From: Candidatus Eiseniibacteriota bacterium
GTDB lineage: Bacteria > Eisenbacteria > RBG-16-71-46 > CAIMUX01
NCBI GenBank assembly: GCA_963833505.1
Contig: CAWHYG010000008.1
Location: 151,886-215,885, forward strand
Direction of reading: 5' to 3'
Length of the DNA: 64,000 nucleotides
The notes under the pieces were generated by a model. That model had not been told where the DNA came from, made no database searches, and saw only the letters and a list, made by a program, of their open reading frames with translations. This document shows positions 52,034-61,188 of this stretch, in pieces. The position numbers and the translations under genes are program-made. The stretch's first letter is position 1, and every line of letters begins with the position of its first letter.

Positions 52034-52948
52034 ATGAAAGCACTCGCCCTCACGGCCGCCGCCCTGGCGCTCTGCGCCATCGCCGCCGCCGCGCGCGCCG
52101 ATCTCAAGGTCGCGACCGCTCTCACCGACCTGGCTTCGGTGGCCCGGTTCGTCGGCGGCCGGCACGTCGAGGCCACCAGTCTGTGCAAGGGGTTCGAGGA
52201 TCCACACTTCGTTCCGGCCAAGCCCAGCCTGATGAAGTCGCTCCAGAATGCGGATGTTTTCGTCTCCGTGGGACTGGAGCTGGACTCCGGCTGGCTGCCG
52301 CTGGTGCTGCCCGGCAGCCGCAATCCCCGAATCCAGCCGGGAACCAAGGGGTTCGTCGACGCGTCCGAAGGCGTCTCGGTCCTGGACAAGCCGACCGGCA
52401 CGGTGAGTCGGACCGAGGGGGACATCCATCCCCTGGGAAACCCGCACTATTACACGGATCCGGCCAATCTGGAGGTCGTGGCCGATCATCTGGCCCAGGT
52501 CTTCCAGGATCTGGATCCCACCAACGGAGCGGAGTACGCCGCCAACGCCAAGGCCTTCGACGCCCGCATGGAGACATCCATCGCCGGGTGGCAGAAGGAG
52601 CTGGCGCCCTATCAAGGAGCGCAGGTCGTGACCTTCCATGACAACTTCAAGTACTTCCTGGCCCGATTCGGGCTCAAGCTCTTCGGTGAGGTGGAGCCGA
52701 AACCAGGCATTCCGCCGAATCCGCGGCACACCGCGGAGCTGGCCGACGCCATGAAGAGCGCCGGCGTCCGGGTGGTGCTGTATCAGCCCTACTACGACGC
52801 CGACGCCGCCAACGGCGTGGCGCAGAAGGCGGGCGGGGTCGCGCTCCTGATCCCGACCGAAGTGGGCGGCGTTCCCGAGGCCACGGACGTTTTCAGCAAG
52901 TTCGATACTATCGTCTCCCATCTGGTCCAGGCTTTTTCCCAGAAGTGA
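52034..52948 (+). CDS. Metal (Zn/Mn-type) ABC transporter substrate-binding protein, ZnuA/TroA-like
   Basis: Track ORF 51842..52948 trimmed to ATG 52034, which has AGGAGG upstream. It has a signal peptide, DPHFVPAKPS, GDIHPLGNPHYYTDP and FHDNFKYF. Confidence 0.9.
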   Translation: MKALALTAAALALCAIAAAARADLKVATALTDLASVARFVGGRHVEATSLCKGFEDPHFVPAKPSLMKSLQNADVFVSVGLELDSGWLPLVLPGSRNPRIQPGTKGFVDASEGVSVLDKPTGTVSRTEGDIHPLGNPHYYTDPANLEVVADHLAQVFQDLDPTNGAEYAANAKAFDARMETSIAGWQKELAPYQGAQVVTFHDNFKYFLARFGLKLFGEVEPKPGIPPNPRHTAELADAMKSAGVRVVLYQPYYDADAANGVAQKAGGVALLIPTEVGGVPEATDVFSKFDTIVSHLVQAFSQK

Positions 52949-52955
52949 GGTCATC

Positions 52956-53843
52956 GTGTTGGCGTTCTTCACCGTCATGGCTCTGCCGATTCTCGCGTGT
53001 CTTCTCCTCGTGCTGATCCATCCCGCCCTGGGCCAGCACGTGCTCGCGCGCGGCGTCATCTTCGTCGACCTCGCTCTGGCCCAGATCGCGGCCCTGGGCG
53101 GCAGCGTCGCCATCCTCCTGGGCCATGAAGCGCATGACCCGGCGACCTACCTGTTCTCCTTCGGATTCACCCTGCTGGGAGCGGCCTTGTTCAGCTTCCT
53201 CTGGGACCGGAACCACTCGGTCCTGCAGGAGGCGTTCATCGGCATCTCCTTCGCCGTGGCCACGGCCACGACCCTGGTGCTTTTGGCCAACTCCCCGCAC
53301 GGGGCCGAGCACGTGCAGGGGATCCTGAGCGGCGAGGCGCTCGGCTGGGTGACCCGCCAGGACATCATCATCATGGCGGTCGTGTACGCCGCCGTCGGGC
53401 TCTTCCTGTACACGCGCCATCGGACGCTCTTTCTGTGTTCCTCCGATCCCCATGAGGCGGCGCGGCGCGGGCATTCGCTGCGCTGGTGGGATTTCTCCTT
53501 CTATGCTTCGTTCGGGATCGTGGTCACGGACTCGGTCAAGGTGGCGGGGGTCCTGGCCGTGTTCTCGTTCCTCATCGTCCCCATGGTCTGCTCGACTCTA
53601 TTGGGACACCACGGCCGGCGGCGCCTCCTCTGGGCTTGGGGCATCGGTTTCGTCGTCTGTCTGGCCGGATCGGTCCTCTCCTACCTAAAGGACTGGCCCA
53701 TGGGCGCCACCATCGTCGGCCTTTTCGGCCTGATGGTCGCCATCATATCGGTCAGCGTGCGGATGAAGCGGCTGGCTCCGTCGGACTTGCAGGCGGCGCC
53801 GCCGAGCTCCGGCCCGCCGGCGGAGGAAGTGCGCGGGATGTGA
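52956..53843 (+). CDS. Metal ABC transporter permease (ABC-3/ZnuB-like)
   Basis: Track ORF. It is a multi-TM protein with VIFVDLALAQIAALG typical of ABC-3 permeases. Confidence 0.9.
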   Translation: MLAFFTVMALPILACLLLVLIHPALGQHVLARGVIFVDLALAQIAALGGSVAILLGHEAHDPATYLFSFGFTLLGAALFSFLWDRNHSVLQEAFIGISFAVATATTLVLLANSPHGAEHVQGILSGEALGWVTRQDIIIMAVVYAAVGLFLYTRHRTLFLCSSDPHEAARRGHSLRWWDFSFYASFGIVVTDSVKVAGVLAVFSFLIVPMVCSTLLGHHGRRRLLWAWGIGFVVCLAGSVLSYLKDWPMGATIVGLFGLMVAIISVSVRMKRLAPSDLQAAPPSSGPPAEEVRGM

Positions 53844-54147
53844 CCCGCGCGGGTCTCCGGGCGTCGCGTTCCATCCTCCGATGGGGCCCACGCCCGACGG
53901 AGGCGCAGCGGGGTGCCGTTCGAACTCCCTGCTTCCGCGGGATCCCGCCGTGGGCTATCATCCGCCGGCGGGCAAGCCGGACCTGCGCGTCGCGCGCCTC
54001 GGGCGCCGGCGCTGCGGCCGGGGCGATTCCACCACGTCCATCAGACCGATCAGGGGGAGCTGATCCGTGACCCAACCATCGAACCCGCTTCGTCCGATCG
54101 GATCGTCCGGATCGTCCGGGCGTCCACCCGCGGCTCCGCAGCACCCC

Positions 54148-56196
54148 ATGAACTTCCCCGCGAGTCCAGCGGACGACGTGGTGGAGGAGCTGCACGGGGT
54201 GAAGGTCCCTGATCCCTATCGCTGGCTCGAGGAAACCGGGAGCCCGCGGACCCGGGCCTGGATCGAAGCCCAGAATCGTTTCGCCCGGACCTGGTTCGAC
54301 GCGGCGCCTTCCCGCCGGAGAATCATCGAGCGCCTGACCCGTCTCTGGAAGATCCCCTCCTACGGGATTCCCTGGAAGCGCGGAGGACGCTATTTCTACA
54401 CCGCCAACGACGGGCTCCGGGATCAAGCCGTTCTCTACACGCTCGGATCTCCGGACGAAGAACCCCGCGTCCTCCTGGACCCGAATCTCTTTTCGGCCGA
54501 CGGCACGATCGCCGCCATGGCCTACACGGTGAGCGAGGACGGCCGCCACCTGGCCTACGAGGTCTCCTCGGGGGGGTCGGACTGGAAGGAGATCCGGATC
54601 CGCGAGATCGCCACCGGGCAGGATCTCGAGGACCGGCTTCGTTGGGTCAAATTCTCAGGGCTGGCCTGGGACCCCGGGGGCACCGGCCTCTACTACAACC
54701 GGTATGACGAGCCGGAGGCCGCCAGCGCGCTCGTCTCGGCCAACTACTTCCCCAAGCTCTGCCATCACCGGTTGGGCACGCCCCAGGCGGAGGACCGGAT
54801 CGTCTACGAGCGCCCCGACCACCCGGACTGGGGCTTTCACGCCGAGGTCACGGAAGACGGTCGAACCCTGATCATCCTGGTCTGGAAAGGCACGGAGCAG
54901 AAGAACCTGGTCTTCTATCGGGATCTGACCGCGCCGGAATCCCCGATCCGCGAGCTGATCACGGATTTTGAAGCCGGCTTCTACCTCGCCGGCAGCGAGG
55001 GCTCGACCCTGTGGCTCTGGACCGATCTGGACGCGCCGCGCGGGCGGGTCATCGCGGTCGACCTGCGCGCCCCCGAGCGCGCCCGCTGGCGCGAGATCAT
55101 CCCCGAGCGGGACGAAACGCTGACCTCGGTCTCGGTGGTCGGCGAATTCCTCTTCGCCCAGTACCTGGCCAACGCCCACAGCCTCATCCGCACCCACCGG
55201 TTGGACGGCACCTACCTGCGGACGGTCGGCCTTCCCGGCATCGGCTCGGCCGCGGGTTTCCACGGCCGCCGCCGGGACGACGAGACCTTCTTCGCCTTCA
55301 GCGGATTTACCAGCCCTGACGTCATCTACCGTCACGAGATCGTCAGCGGCCGGAGCGTGGTCTTCCGCCAGCCCAAGCTGGAATTCAACCCGCTGGATTT
55401 CGAGACCGTGCAGGTCTTCTATGCCAGCCGGGACGGCACGACGATCCCCATGTTCCTGAGCCACCGCCGCGGTCTCCGACGGGACGGGAACAATCCGACC
55501 TGGCTGTCCGGGTACGGAGGCTTCCGGATCTCCAAGACCCCCGCCTTTTCCCCGGCGGAGATGGCCTGGATGGAGATGGGCGGCGTCTACGCGGTTCCCA
55601 ACTTGCGCGGCGGAGGAGAGTTCGGCGAGGAGTGGCACGAGGCCGGAATCCGGGAACACAAACAGAACGTCTTCGACGATTTCATCGCGGCGGCGGAGTG
55701 GCTCATCGCCAACCGCTACACCAGCCGGACCAGGCTCGCCATCGGCGGACGGAGCAACGGGGGACTCCTGGTGGGAGCCTGCCTGGTGCAGCGGCCGGAG
55801 CTTTTCGGGGCGGTGGTCGCCGGAGTCGGCGTGCTCGACATGCTGCGTTTTCACAAGTTCACGATCGGATGGGCCTGGACCGCCGATTACGGGTCCCCCG
55901 ACGATCCGGTGATGTTCCCGGTGCTGAAGGCGTATTCCCCCCTCCACAACGTGCGGCCGGGAACAAGCTATCCACCGACCTTGATGCAGACCGGGGATCA
56001 CGACGATCGGGTCGTGCCGGCCCACAGTTTCAAGTTCGCCGCCGCCTTGCAGGCGGCTCAGGCCGGCCCCGCCCCCATCCTGATCCGCATCGAGACCCGG
56101 GCCGGACACGGACCGGGCAAGCCGACGCGCATGCTCATCGAGGAGGCGGCGGATCGAATCGCCTTCCTGGCCCGAAACCTGGGGATGGAGGGCTGA
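54148..56196 (+). CDS. Prolyl oligopeptidase (S9A family serine peptidase)
   Basis: Track ORF 54067..56196 with a probable start at ATG 54148. It has DPYRWLE near the N-terminus, the catalytic GGSNGGLL, and a DDRV...H triad context. Confidence 0.9.
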   Translation: MNFPASPADDVVEELHGVKVPDPYRWLEETGSPRTRAWIEAQNRFARTWFDAAPSRRRIIERLTRLWKIPSYGIPWKRGGRYFYTANDGLRDQAVLYTLGSPDEEPRVLLDPNLFSADGTIAAMAYTVSEDGRHLAYEVSSGGSDWKEIRIREIATGQDLEDRLRWVKFSGLAWDPGGTGLYYNRYDEPEAASALVSANYFPKLCHHRLGTPQAEDRIVYERPDHPDWGFHAEVTEDGRTLIILVWKGTEQKNLVFYRDLTAPESPIRELITDFEAGFYLAGSEGSTLWLWTDLDAPRGRVIAVDLRAPERARWREIIPERDETLTSVSVVGEFLFAQYLANAHSLIRTHRLDGTYLRTVGLPGIGSAAGFHGRRRDDETFFAFSGFTSPDVIYRHEIVSGRSVVFRQPKLEFNPLDFETVQVFYASRDGTTIPMFLSHRRGLRRDGNNPTWLSGYGGFRISKTPAFSPAEMAWMEMGGVYAVPNLRGGGEFGEEWHEAGIREHKQNVFDDFIAAAEWLIANRYTSRTRLAIGGRSNGGLLVGACLVQRPELFGAVVAGVGVLDMLRFHKFTIGWAWTADYGSPDDPVMFPVLKAYSPLHNVRPGTSYPPTLMQTGDHDDRVVPAHSFKFAAALQAAQAGPAPILIRIETRAGHGPGKPTRMLIEEAADRIAFLARNLGMEG

Positions 56197-56511
56197 CGGC
56201 CGGGCAGAGTGCAACCCGATCTGCGGTGTTTTGCACGGCCGGCGAGGATCAGGCCGCGGACTGCGATCGAGCGGCCCGGGCCCCGAATCCGCCGCTCCTC
56301 GACATCCGATTGCCTTGCAGGCTCCTGGAAGCAGCGCCGTCTCGCCCTTCCGCGGGTCCGGCCGGAGACCTGAAGGGCACGTTGTTTGAATCGCCTTGTG
56401 CCGGATCCGATCGTGACTGGCTCGCCGCGCAGCGGCTTGGGGCGGTTGCAGCGGATCCCACAGATCGGACAACGCGTGCAGCGGTCGGCTCCCGAGAGGG
56501 CCGGCTCCGGA

Positions 56512-56549
56512 CCCCGCCGTCGTTCCCCCCGGCGGGGTCTCTTTCTGTT
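56512..56549 (+). terminator. Intrinsic terminator about 320 nt downstream of the prolyl oligopeptidase stop
   Basis: An 8-bp stem CCCCGCCG (56512-56519) / CGGCGGGG (56529-56536) with a 9-nt loop is followed by TCTCTTTCTGTTT. Confidence 0.5.
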
Positions 56550-56753
56550 TCGCGCGCGAAACGACCGGACTCGTGCGTGGCCGCTGCATCTCCGACCCCC
56601 CAGGCGCACGACCGGCCGTCAGCCTTGCTGCTGACTGGTTTTCGGGAATTCCAGGTCCATCCCGCCCAGGGTGCGTTTCTTCGGACCGGATGAAGCTGTA
56701 TCCTGACAGCGTGCGAGGTTGTCATCCGACGCTCATCGAAAGGAAGAACCACC

Positions 56754-57260
56754 ATGCGTTTGATCCTGATCCGGCACGCTCGAGCGGCCGAGCGCGATCC
56801 CGAGGCCTGGCCGGACGATGACCTGCGTCCGCTGGTCTCACGCGGGCGCGACGAGCACAGGTCGGTGGCGCGGGCTCTGGCCCGCATGGATGTCGGGATC
56901 GAGAGCCTTCTTTCCAGCCCTCTGGTTCGCGCTCGGGAGACCGCGGAGATCACCGCCCGGGAGCTCGGCTTCAAGAACCCGATCCAATTCACGCCGCGGC
57001 TGGGCGGAACCTACGATCCCTTGCACCTGCTGGCCGTCCTGCGAGGCTTTCCGGCCGATGCCGTCGTGGCGGCGGTCGGCCACGAACCGCACCTGAGCGA
57101 CTTTTCGGGGTTTCTCCTCCATCCGGAGGGATCGATCCGCATCGAGTTCAAGAAGAGCGGCGTTCTGGGGATCGATTTCGAGGGGACAGCGAAGCGGGGC
57201 CAGGGAACCCTGCGGTTCTTCCTGACCCCGAAGCTTTTGGCGGCCATTTCGAAGAAGTGA
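56754..57260 (+). CDS. sixA: Phosphohistidine phosphatase SixA (histidine phosphatase superfamily)
   Basis: Track ORF. It has MRLILIRHARA (RHG-type motif), SSPLVRARETAE and VGHEPHLS. Confidence 0.8.
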   Translation: MRLILIRHARAAERDPEAWPDDDLRPLVSRGRDEHRSVARALARMDVGIESLLSSPLVRARETAEITARELGFKNPIQFTPRLGGTYDPLHLLAVLRGFPADAVVAAVGHEPHLSDFSGFLLHPEGSIRIEFKKSGVLGIDFEGTAKRGQGTLRFFLTPKLLAAISKK

Positions 57261-57384
57261 CCCTGCCGCTCGGGTCGGTCGTCGACCTGGAACGGTGGTT
57301 CGATCGGGGCAATCGCGACGTCCTGATTCGCTGTCGGCGGAGCGAGCCCGACCTCAGCGTCCGGCCCTCAGCCCGGCGGGCCCC

Positions 57385-57870
57385 TCAGGCCCTGCCGGAG
57401 CTGACGTCCCCTCCCGCCAGGAGGATTCCCTCGCGCTCTTCATGCTCGAGGAGGTCCTGGATACAGGCCGTGAGGTAGGCCTTCAGCGCCTCGGCCAGGG
57501 ATCCTGCGTCCCGGCCGGCCCGCAGATCCTCAATGACCCGCCGGCCGCTCTCGAGGAGCGCCCGCAGCTCACGGGTCAGCGGAAGGTGCTCGGCCACGAT
57601 CTGCTCCGCCTTCTGCTGCTCGTCCGGCGAAGCTCCCCCCGGCGCCGGTTGGAGAACCCGCTCTTCCCGGCTGAAATGCTCGGCCAGGCCGGGCAGCAGT
57701 CCCTCGATCTCGTCCATGCACGCCAGAAGAGAGCTCAGCACCGACGGGAATCCGGACTCCGGGGCCGCGAACTTCTGCAGGCGGATCAGCCGTTGGTAGA
57801 TCCGGCGGCGCTCCTCAAGGAACGCCTCATCTTTCAGGATCGGCATGGTGGGCGACATGGCTACCGACAC
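57385..57870 (-). CDS. Hypothetical protein, possibly hemerythrin-like (HHE cation-binding)
   Basis: Track ORF, all-helical in appearance. The H..EE motifs (AEHFSREERVL, LLEHEEREGIL) resemble hemerythrin-like domains. It lies next to bfr. The functional call is tentative. Confidence 0.5.
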   Translation of the reverse strand: MSVAMSPTMPILKDEAFLEERRRIYQRLIRLQKFAAPESGFPSVLSSLLACMDEIEGLLPGLAEHFSREERVLQPAPGGASPDEQQKAEQIVAEHLPLTRELRALLESGRRVIEDLRAGRDAGSLAEALKAYLTACIQDLLEHEEREGILLAGGDVSSGRA

Positions 57871-58221
57871 TCCTTTGAACCGCTCCGGGCTCTGACGCTG
57901 CTACCGGATTGGATGCAGGACCGGTGCAAAAGGGTTGGAATCTCTCCTATTGCTGTCGGCGGCTGTCTCCGGACCCCGCTCGGATCTGCTCCCGTCCGCC
58001 GATGCCCCACCTGCTCCCAGTATACATCGGCCGCCGCTTGCGGTTCTGAGGTCTCTTCACGCTCTTGGTGTCGCCGGCGCCGATGGCGAAGGCAATCGGC
58101 GCATTCGCACACACCGAGTCTCACCCTCGGACCCGGCGGCTTCCAGCCGGAACCGGAGATTCCGGCTGGAAAAAGCCGATCAGATGCGTCGTGCGCGGAT
58201 TCGCCGGATACGCCGCAGCCG

Positions 58222-58335
58222 CGGCGCATCCCGGGAGCGCGGCCCGTCCGTTGCAGCCCCGGCGCATCCCCGGAGCGCGGCTCGTCCGTTGCAACCGCAC
58301 CGGCATGCGGGAACGCGGGCTCGTCCGCCGCGGCC
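58222..58335. repeat. Short tandem repeats (about 38-bp period, about 3 copies) just downstream of bfr
   Basis: GCGCATCCCGGGAGCGCGGCCCGTCCGTTGCAGCC / GGCGCATCCCCGGAGCGCGGCTCGTCCGTTGCAACC / a degenerate third copy. Confidence 0.65.
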
Positions 58336-58367
58336 GGGAAGCGCGCGTCAGCTCGCTTTGAGGCGAA

Positions 58368-58847
58368 TCAAGACTTGTCGGAACCGAACTGCCGGCTCAG
58401 GTAGGTCGGCAGGCCCACCTGCGAAATCTGCTCAAGCTGGGTCTCGATCCAGTCGAGGTGCTCTTCTTCGTTGTCCAGAATCGATTGGAAGAGATCACGG
58501 CTTCCGTTGTCGCCCGAGGCGGCCGCCAGGGCGACCGCGCGGTTGTACATGTCCACGGCGCCCTTCTCGAGCACGAGATCGTTCGCGAGCATTTCGTCGA
58601 CCTTCGCCCCGATCCGAATCTCATTGTATCGACTCATGTTCGGATGCCCTTCGAGGAACAGGATCCGCTCGATGAGCATTTCGGCGTGCTTCATCTCGTC
58701 GATCGATTCCTTGCGGATCGCCTCCTTCAGCCGTTTGAAACCGTAGTTCTCGCAGATCTCCGCGTGGACGAAGTACTGGTTGATCGCGGTCAGCTCCTCC
58801 GTCAGCGCCTCGTTCAACATCTCCAACACCTTGGGGTTGCCTTTCAT
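58368..58847 (-). CDS. bfr: Bacterioferritin
   Basis: Track ORF 58368..58877 trimmed to MKGNPKVLEMLNEALTEELTAINQYFVHA... It has the ferroxidase residues (E..H pairs) and the heme Met context EMKHAEMLIERILFLEG. Confidence 0.95.
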   Translation of the reverse strand: MKGNPKVLEMLNEALTEELTAINQYFVHAEICENYGFKRLKEAIRKESIDEMKHAEMLIERILFLEGHPNMSRYNEIRIGAKVDEMLANDLVLEKGAVDMYNRAVALAAASGDNGSRDLFQSILDNEEEHLDWIETQLEQISQVGLPTYLSRQFGSDKS

Positions 58848-58868
58848 CTTGAGCCCTCCCTGGCCGGC

Positions 58869-59036
58869 ATTATTCATGAACCCCCTGCTGCGGCCGCGGA
58901 TCTGCCCGCCATGACTGCGTTGCGCTTGCCCTCACTCCTCGACATACTGCAGGGAGTATGCCTGCATCTGCGGGCTGCGCGCGCCTTGTCCTGACGGGCA
59001 TCTCCGGTGCCTCGCGACGGGCGATCATGCGTAATG
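58869..59036 (-). mobile_element. MITE-like repeat, full-length copy C (reverse orientation relative to copy B)
   Basis: ATTATTCATGAACCCCCTGCTGCGG...GCGACGGGCGATCATGCGTAAT aligns end-to-end with the reverse complement of 44741-44908. It starts 22 nt upstream of the bfr start codon. Confidence 0.6.
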
Positions 59037-59136
59037 CGGGCTAGCCACTCGCCGCCTGGAAACGCCGCCCGGTTCGGAAGGACGGCCGCCAATCTCGGAT
59101 GAGAATACCCGGGGGTTCGCGCGAAACAAGCCGAGA

Positions 59137-59395
59137 ACGCCACGCTCGAGGCGGGGGGTCCGGAAACGCCCGGTGGTGACAGGGATTGCGCTTGGGAGAA
59201 CCAGGGGACTGCCCCGCTCGAGGCGGAGGTCCGGAAACACCCCGGTGGTGACAAGGATTGTGCTCGGGAGAACCAGGGGACTGCCCCGCTCGAGGCGGAG
59301 GTCCGGAAACGCCCCGGTGGTGACAAGGATTGCGCTTGGGAGAACCAGGGGACTGCCCCGGTCGAGGCGGAGGTCGGGAAACACCCCGCGTGGCG
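59137..59395. repeat. Tandem array, about 3.6 copies of a 72-bp unit
   Basis: The pseudo-translation of track ORF 59173..59583 repeats every 24 codons (VVTRI.LGRTRGLPRSRRRSGN.P). The units are near-identical, with no unique spacers. Confidence 0.85.
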
Positions 59396-59527
59396 ACGGA
59401 ACGCGGGGGAACGGGCGGTCAGGAGTCGCGGATGAGACGCCTGTTCCGTCCGTCATGAGCCCTGCTGCGGCATTCTGTCTGCCTGAGGCGGAGTCTCTAC
59501 CTGCCACCACTCGGGTCGGAAGCGCTC

Positions 59528-60340
59528 CTACCACCACTCCTCGACGTGGATGTTGCCGACCTCGCCACGCTGATCGGGCGTGAATCCCAACTCGACGAGC
59601 CGCGCGCGGGCGGCCTCGATCATCCCGGGATTGCCGCAGAGGAAGACGTGCAGATGCGCCGGGTCGAGCGGAATCCCCGAAGCCTCGGTGACGGCGCCGG
59701 AAACGAGAACCTCCTGCAGATAGCCGGTCAGGCCGTTCCAGGAGGGATCCTGGGCGGGCCGGGTGATCGCGGGAAGATAGGTCACATTGGGGCACCGGCG
59801 GGCCCAGGCGCTCAGCTCCGCGCGGTAGCCCAGATCCCAGGAGAATCGGGCGCCGTGCAAGACGACAAAGTGGCGGGGGCCGCCGCAGACCAGCTCGGAC
59901 CGTAGCATGCTGATGTAGGGCGCGAGACCGGTGCCGGTGCCGACCAGAAGCGCATGGAATCCCTCGGGAACGCGGTCGAGCGTGAACACCCCCGCCGCTT
60001 TGGGCCCGACGTGCAGCCGATCACCGGGCTCCAGCGCGAACAGGCGCGGGCTCAGGTCGCCGCTCTCGACCAGGGTGAGGTAGAACTCCAGGTACTGGTC
60101 GGCGCGGCTCGACGAGGCGATGGAATAGGCCCGTCGCAACATCTTATCGGGGGATTCATCCGGCGCCGCCGGCTCTTCTTCCGCTTCGACGACGCGGGGC
60201 GCGGAGCGCTTCATTCCCAGCGTCGTGTACTGGCCGGCTTCGAACCGGTAAGGAAGATTGTCCGGCGCCACCCGGAGAATGATCAATCCGGGGGCTATAT
60301 CCGCTCGCTGTGAGACCGTCGCGTTGTATTCCAGGGCCAT
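59528..60340 (-). CDS. Ferredoxin-NADP+ reductase (FAD/NAD(P)-binding oxidoreductase)
   Basis: Track ORF 59528..60370 trimmed to MALEYNATV (ATG 60340, overlapping the upstream stop as TGATG). It has RAYSIAS (RxYS), GTGTGLAP, and the terminal ...VEEWW. Confidence 0.9.
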   Translation of the reverse strand: MALEYNATVSQRADIAPGLIILRVAPDNLPYRFEAGQYTTLGMKRSAPRVVEAEEEPAAPDESPDKMLRRAYSIASSSRADQYLEFYLTLVESGDLSPRLFALEPGDRLHVGPKAAGVFTLDRVPEGFHALLVGTGTGLAPYISMLRSELVCGGPRHFVVLHGARFSWDLGYRAELSAWARRCPNVTYLPAITRPAQDPSWNGLTGYLQEVLVSGAVTEASGIPLDPAHLHVFLCGNPGMIEAARARLVELGFTPDQRGEVGNIHVEEWW

Positions 60341-61047
60341 CAATCCGATCCTTCCAGCACGGCAAGCCACGACGCCAGGAAGCGCCGCCCCTGCTTCCGG
60401 TACTCATCGCCGAAGATGCGGGCACCCGCCAGCATCGTTTCGGTCGTCGCTTCGTCCAGGCGCTCGTCGGACTGCGCGATCCAGACCGGCAAGTCCTCCG
60501 GAGGGATCTCCGGATGAAACTGCAACGCGTAGCCTCTGGAACCGAAGCGAAACGCCTGGCTCTTGTACAGGGCGCTTCGGGCCAGGATAGCGCATCCGGC
60601 CGGAATCTCGAAAGTGTCGCTGTGCCAGTGAAGCGTCATCGGCGGATCCAGGAGCGTCGAGAAGTGCGGATCCACGCGGCCGGCCGGTTCGCCTTCAATC
60701 GGAGCCCAGCCCACTTCGCGAAGCTCCCCGCGCCGGACCGGCGCCCCCAGGGCCGCGGCCATGAGCTGAGCGCCCAGGCAGATGCCGAGGGTCGGTCGAT
60801 CCTCGTCCAGCCGGCGGCGCAGGACCTCGATCTCGCGACGCAGAAAGGGATGATGATCGGCCGCGTACACGTTCATGGACCCGCCCATGACAATGAGGAG
60901 ATCGGTCCCGCCGTCCAGGGATGACCCCGGCACATCCGAAAGGTCGCGGATCTCGCGAACGTCGATCTCCCAGCCCCGTTCCGCCAGCACGGCGCGGAAC
61001 ATCCCCAGACCCTCGTGGGAAACATGCCGGAAGACCATCGCCCTCAT
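60340..61047 (-). CDS. Class I glutamine amidotransferase (GATase1) domain protein
   Basis: Track ORF 60340..61095 trimmed to MRAMVFRHVSHEGLG. The nucleophile context is GICLGAQL and the His/Glu context is LQFHPE. Confidence 0.85.
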   Translation of the reverse strand: MRAMVFRHVSHEGLGMFRAVLAERGWEIDVREIRDLSDVPGSSLDGGTDLLIVMGGSMNVYAADHHPFLRREIEVLRRRLDEDRPTLGICLGAQLMAAALGAPVRRGELREVGWAPIEGEPAGRVDPHFSTLLDPPMTLHWHSDTFEIPAGCAILARSALYKSQAFRFGSRGYALQFHPEIPPEDLPVWIAQSDERLDEATTETMLAGARIFGDEYRKQGRRFLASWLAVLEGSD

Positions 61048-61121
61048 GGACCTGCCTCTGGCCAAAGCGCCCTTGGATCTCTGCGTCCAGGCCACAGGTT
61101 ACCGCAGCGGGAGCGCACGGC

Positions 61122-61188
61122 GTAGTCGAGGAGTGAGGGCAAGCGCAACGCTGGCATGACCAGACGGCTCCGACGCCGCGGCAGAACC
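61122..61188. repeat. MITE-like repeat family, degenerate right-half copy E
   Basis: GTAGTCGAGGAGTGAGGGCAAGCGCAACGCTGGCATGACCAGACGG... matches the core of copies A, B and C. It lies about 75 nt upstream of the GATase start. Confidence 0.5.

Noticed and set aside
56058-56609. A minus-strand ORF with a CTRCPICGIRC stretch (possible zinc ribbon)
   Set aside because: It is Arg-rich throughout, overlaps the 3' end of the prolyl oligopeptidase gene in antisense, and has no RBS. The cysteines are best explained by chance in GC-rich sequence.
59137-59395. The 72-bp array considered as a CRISPR locus
   Set aside because: The whole 72-bp unit is repeated head-to-tail with only point differences, so there are no unique spacers between short repeats. 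No cas genes are present in the window.
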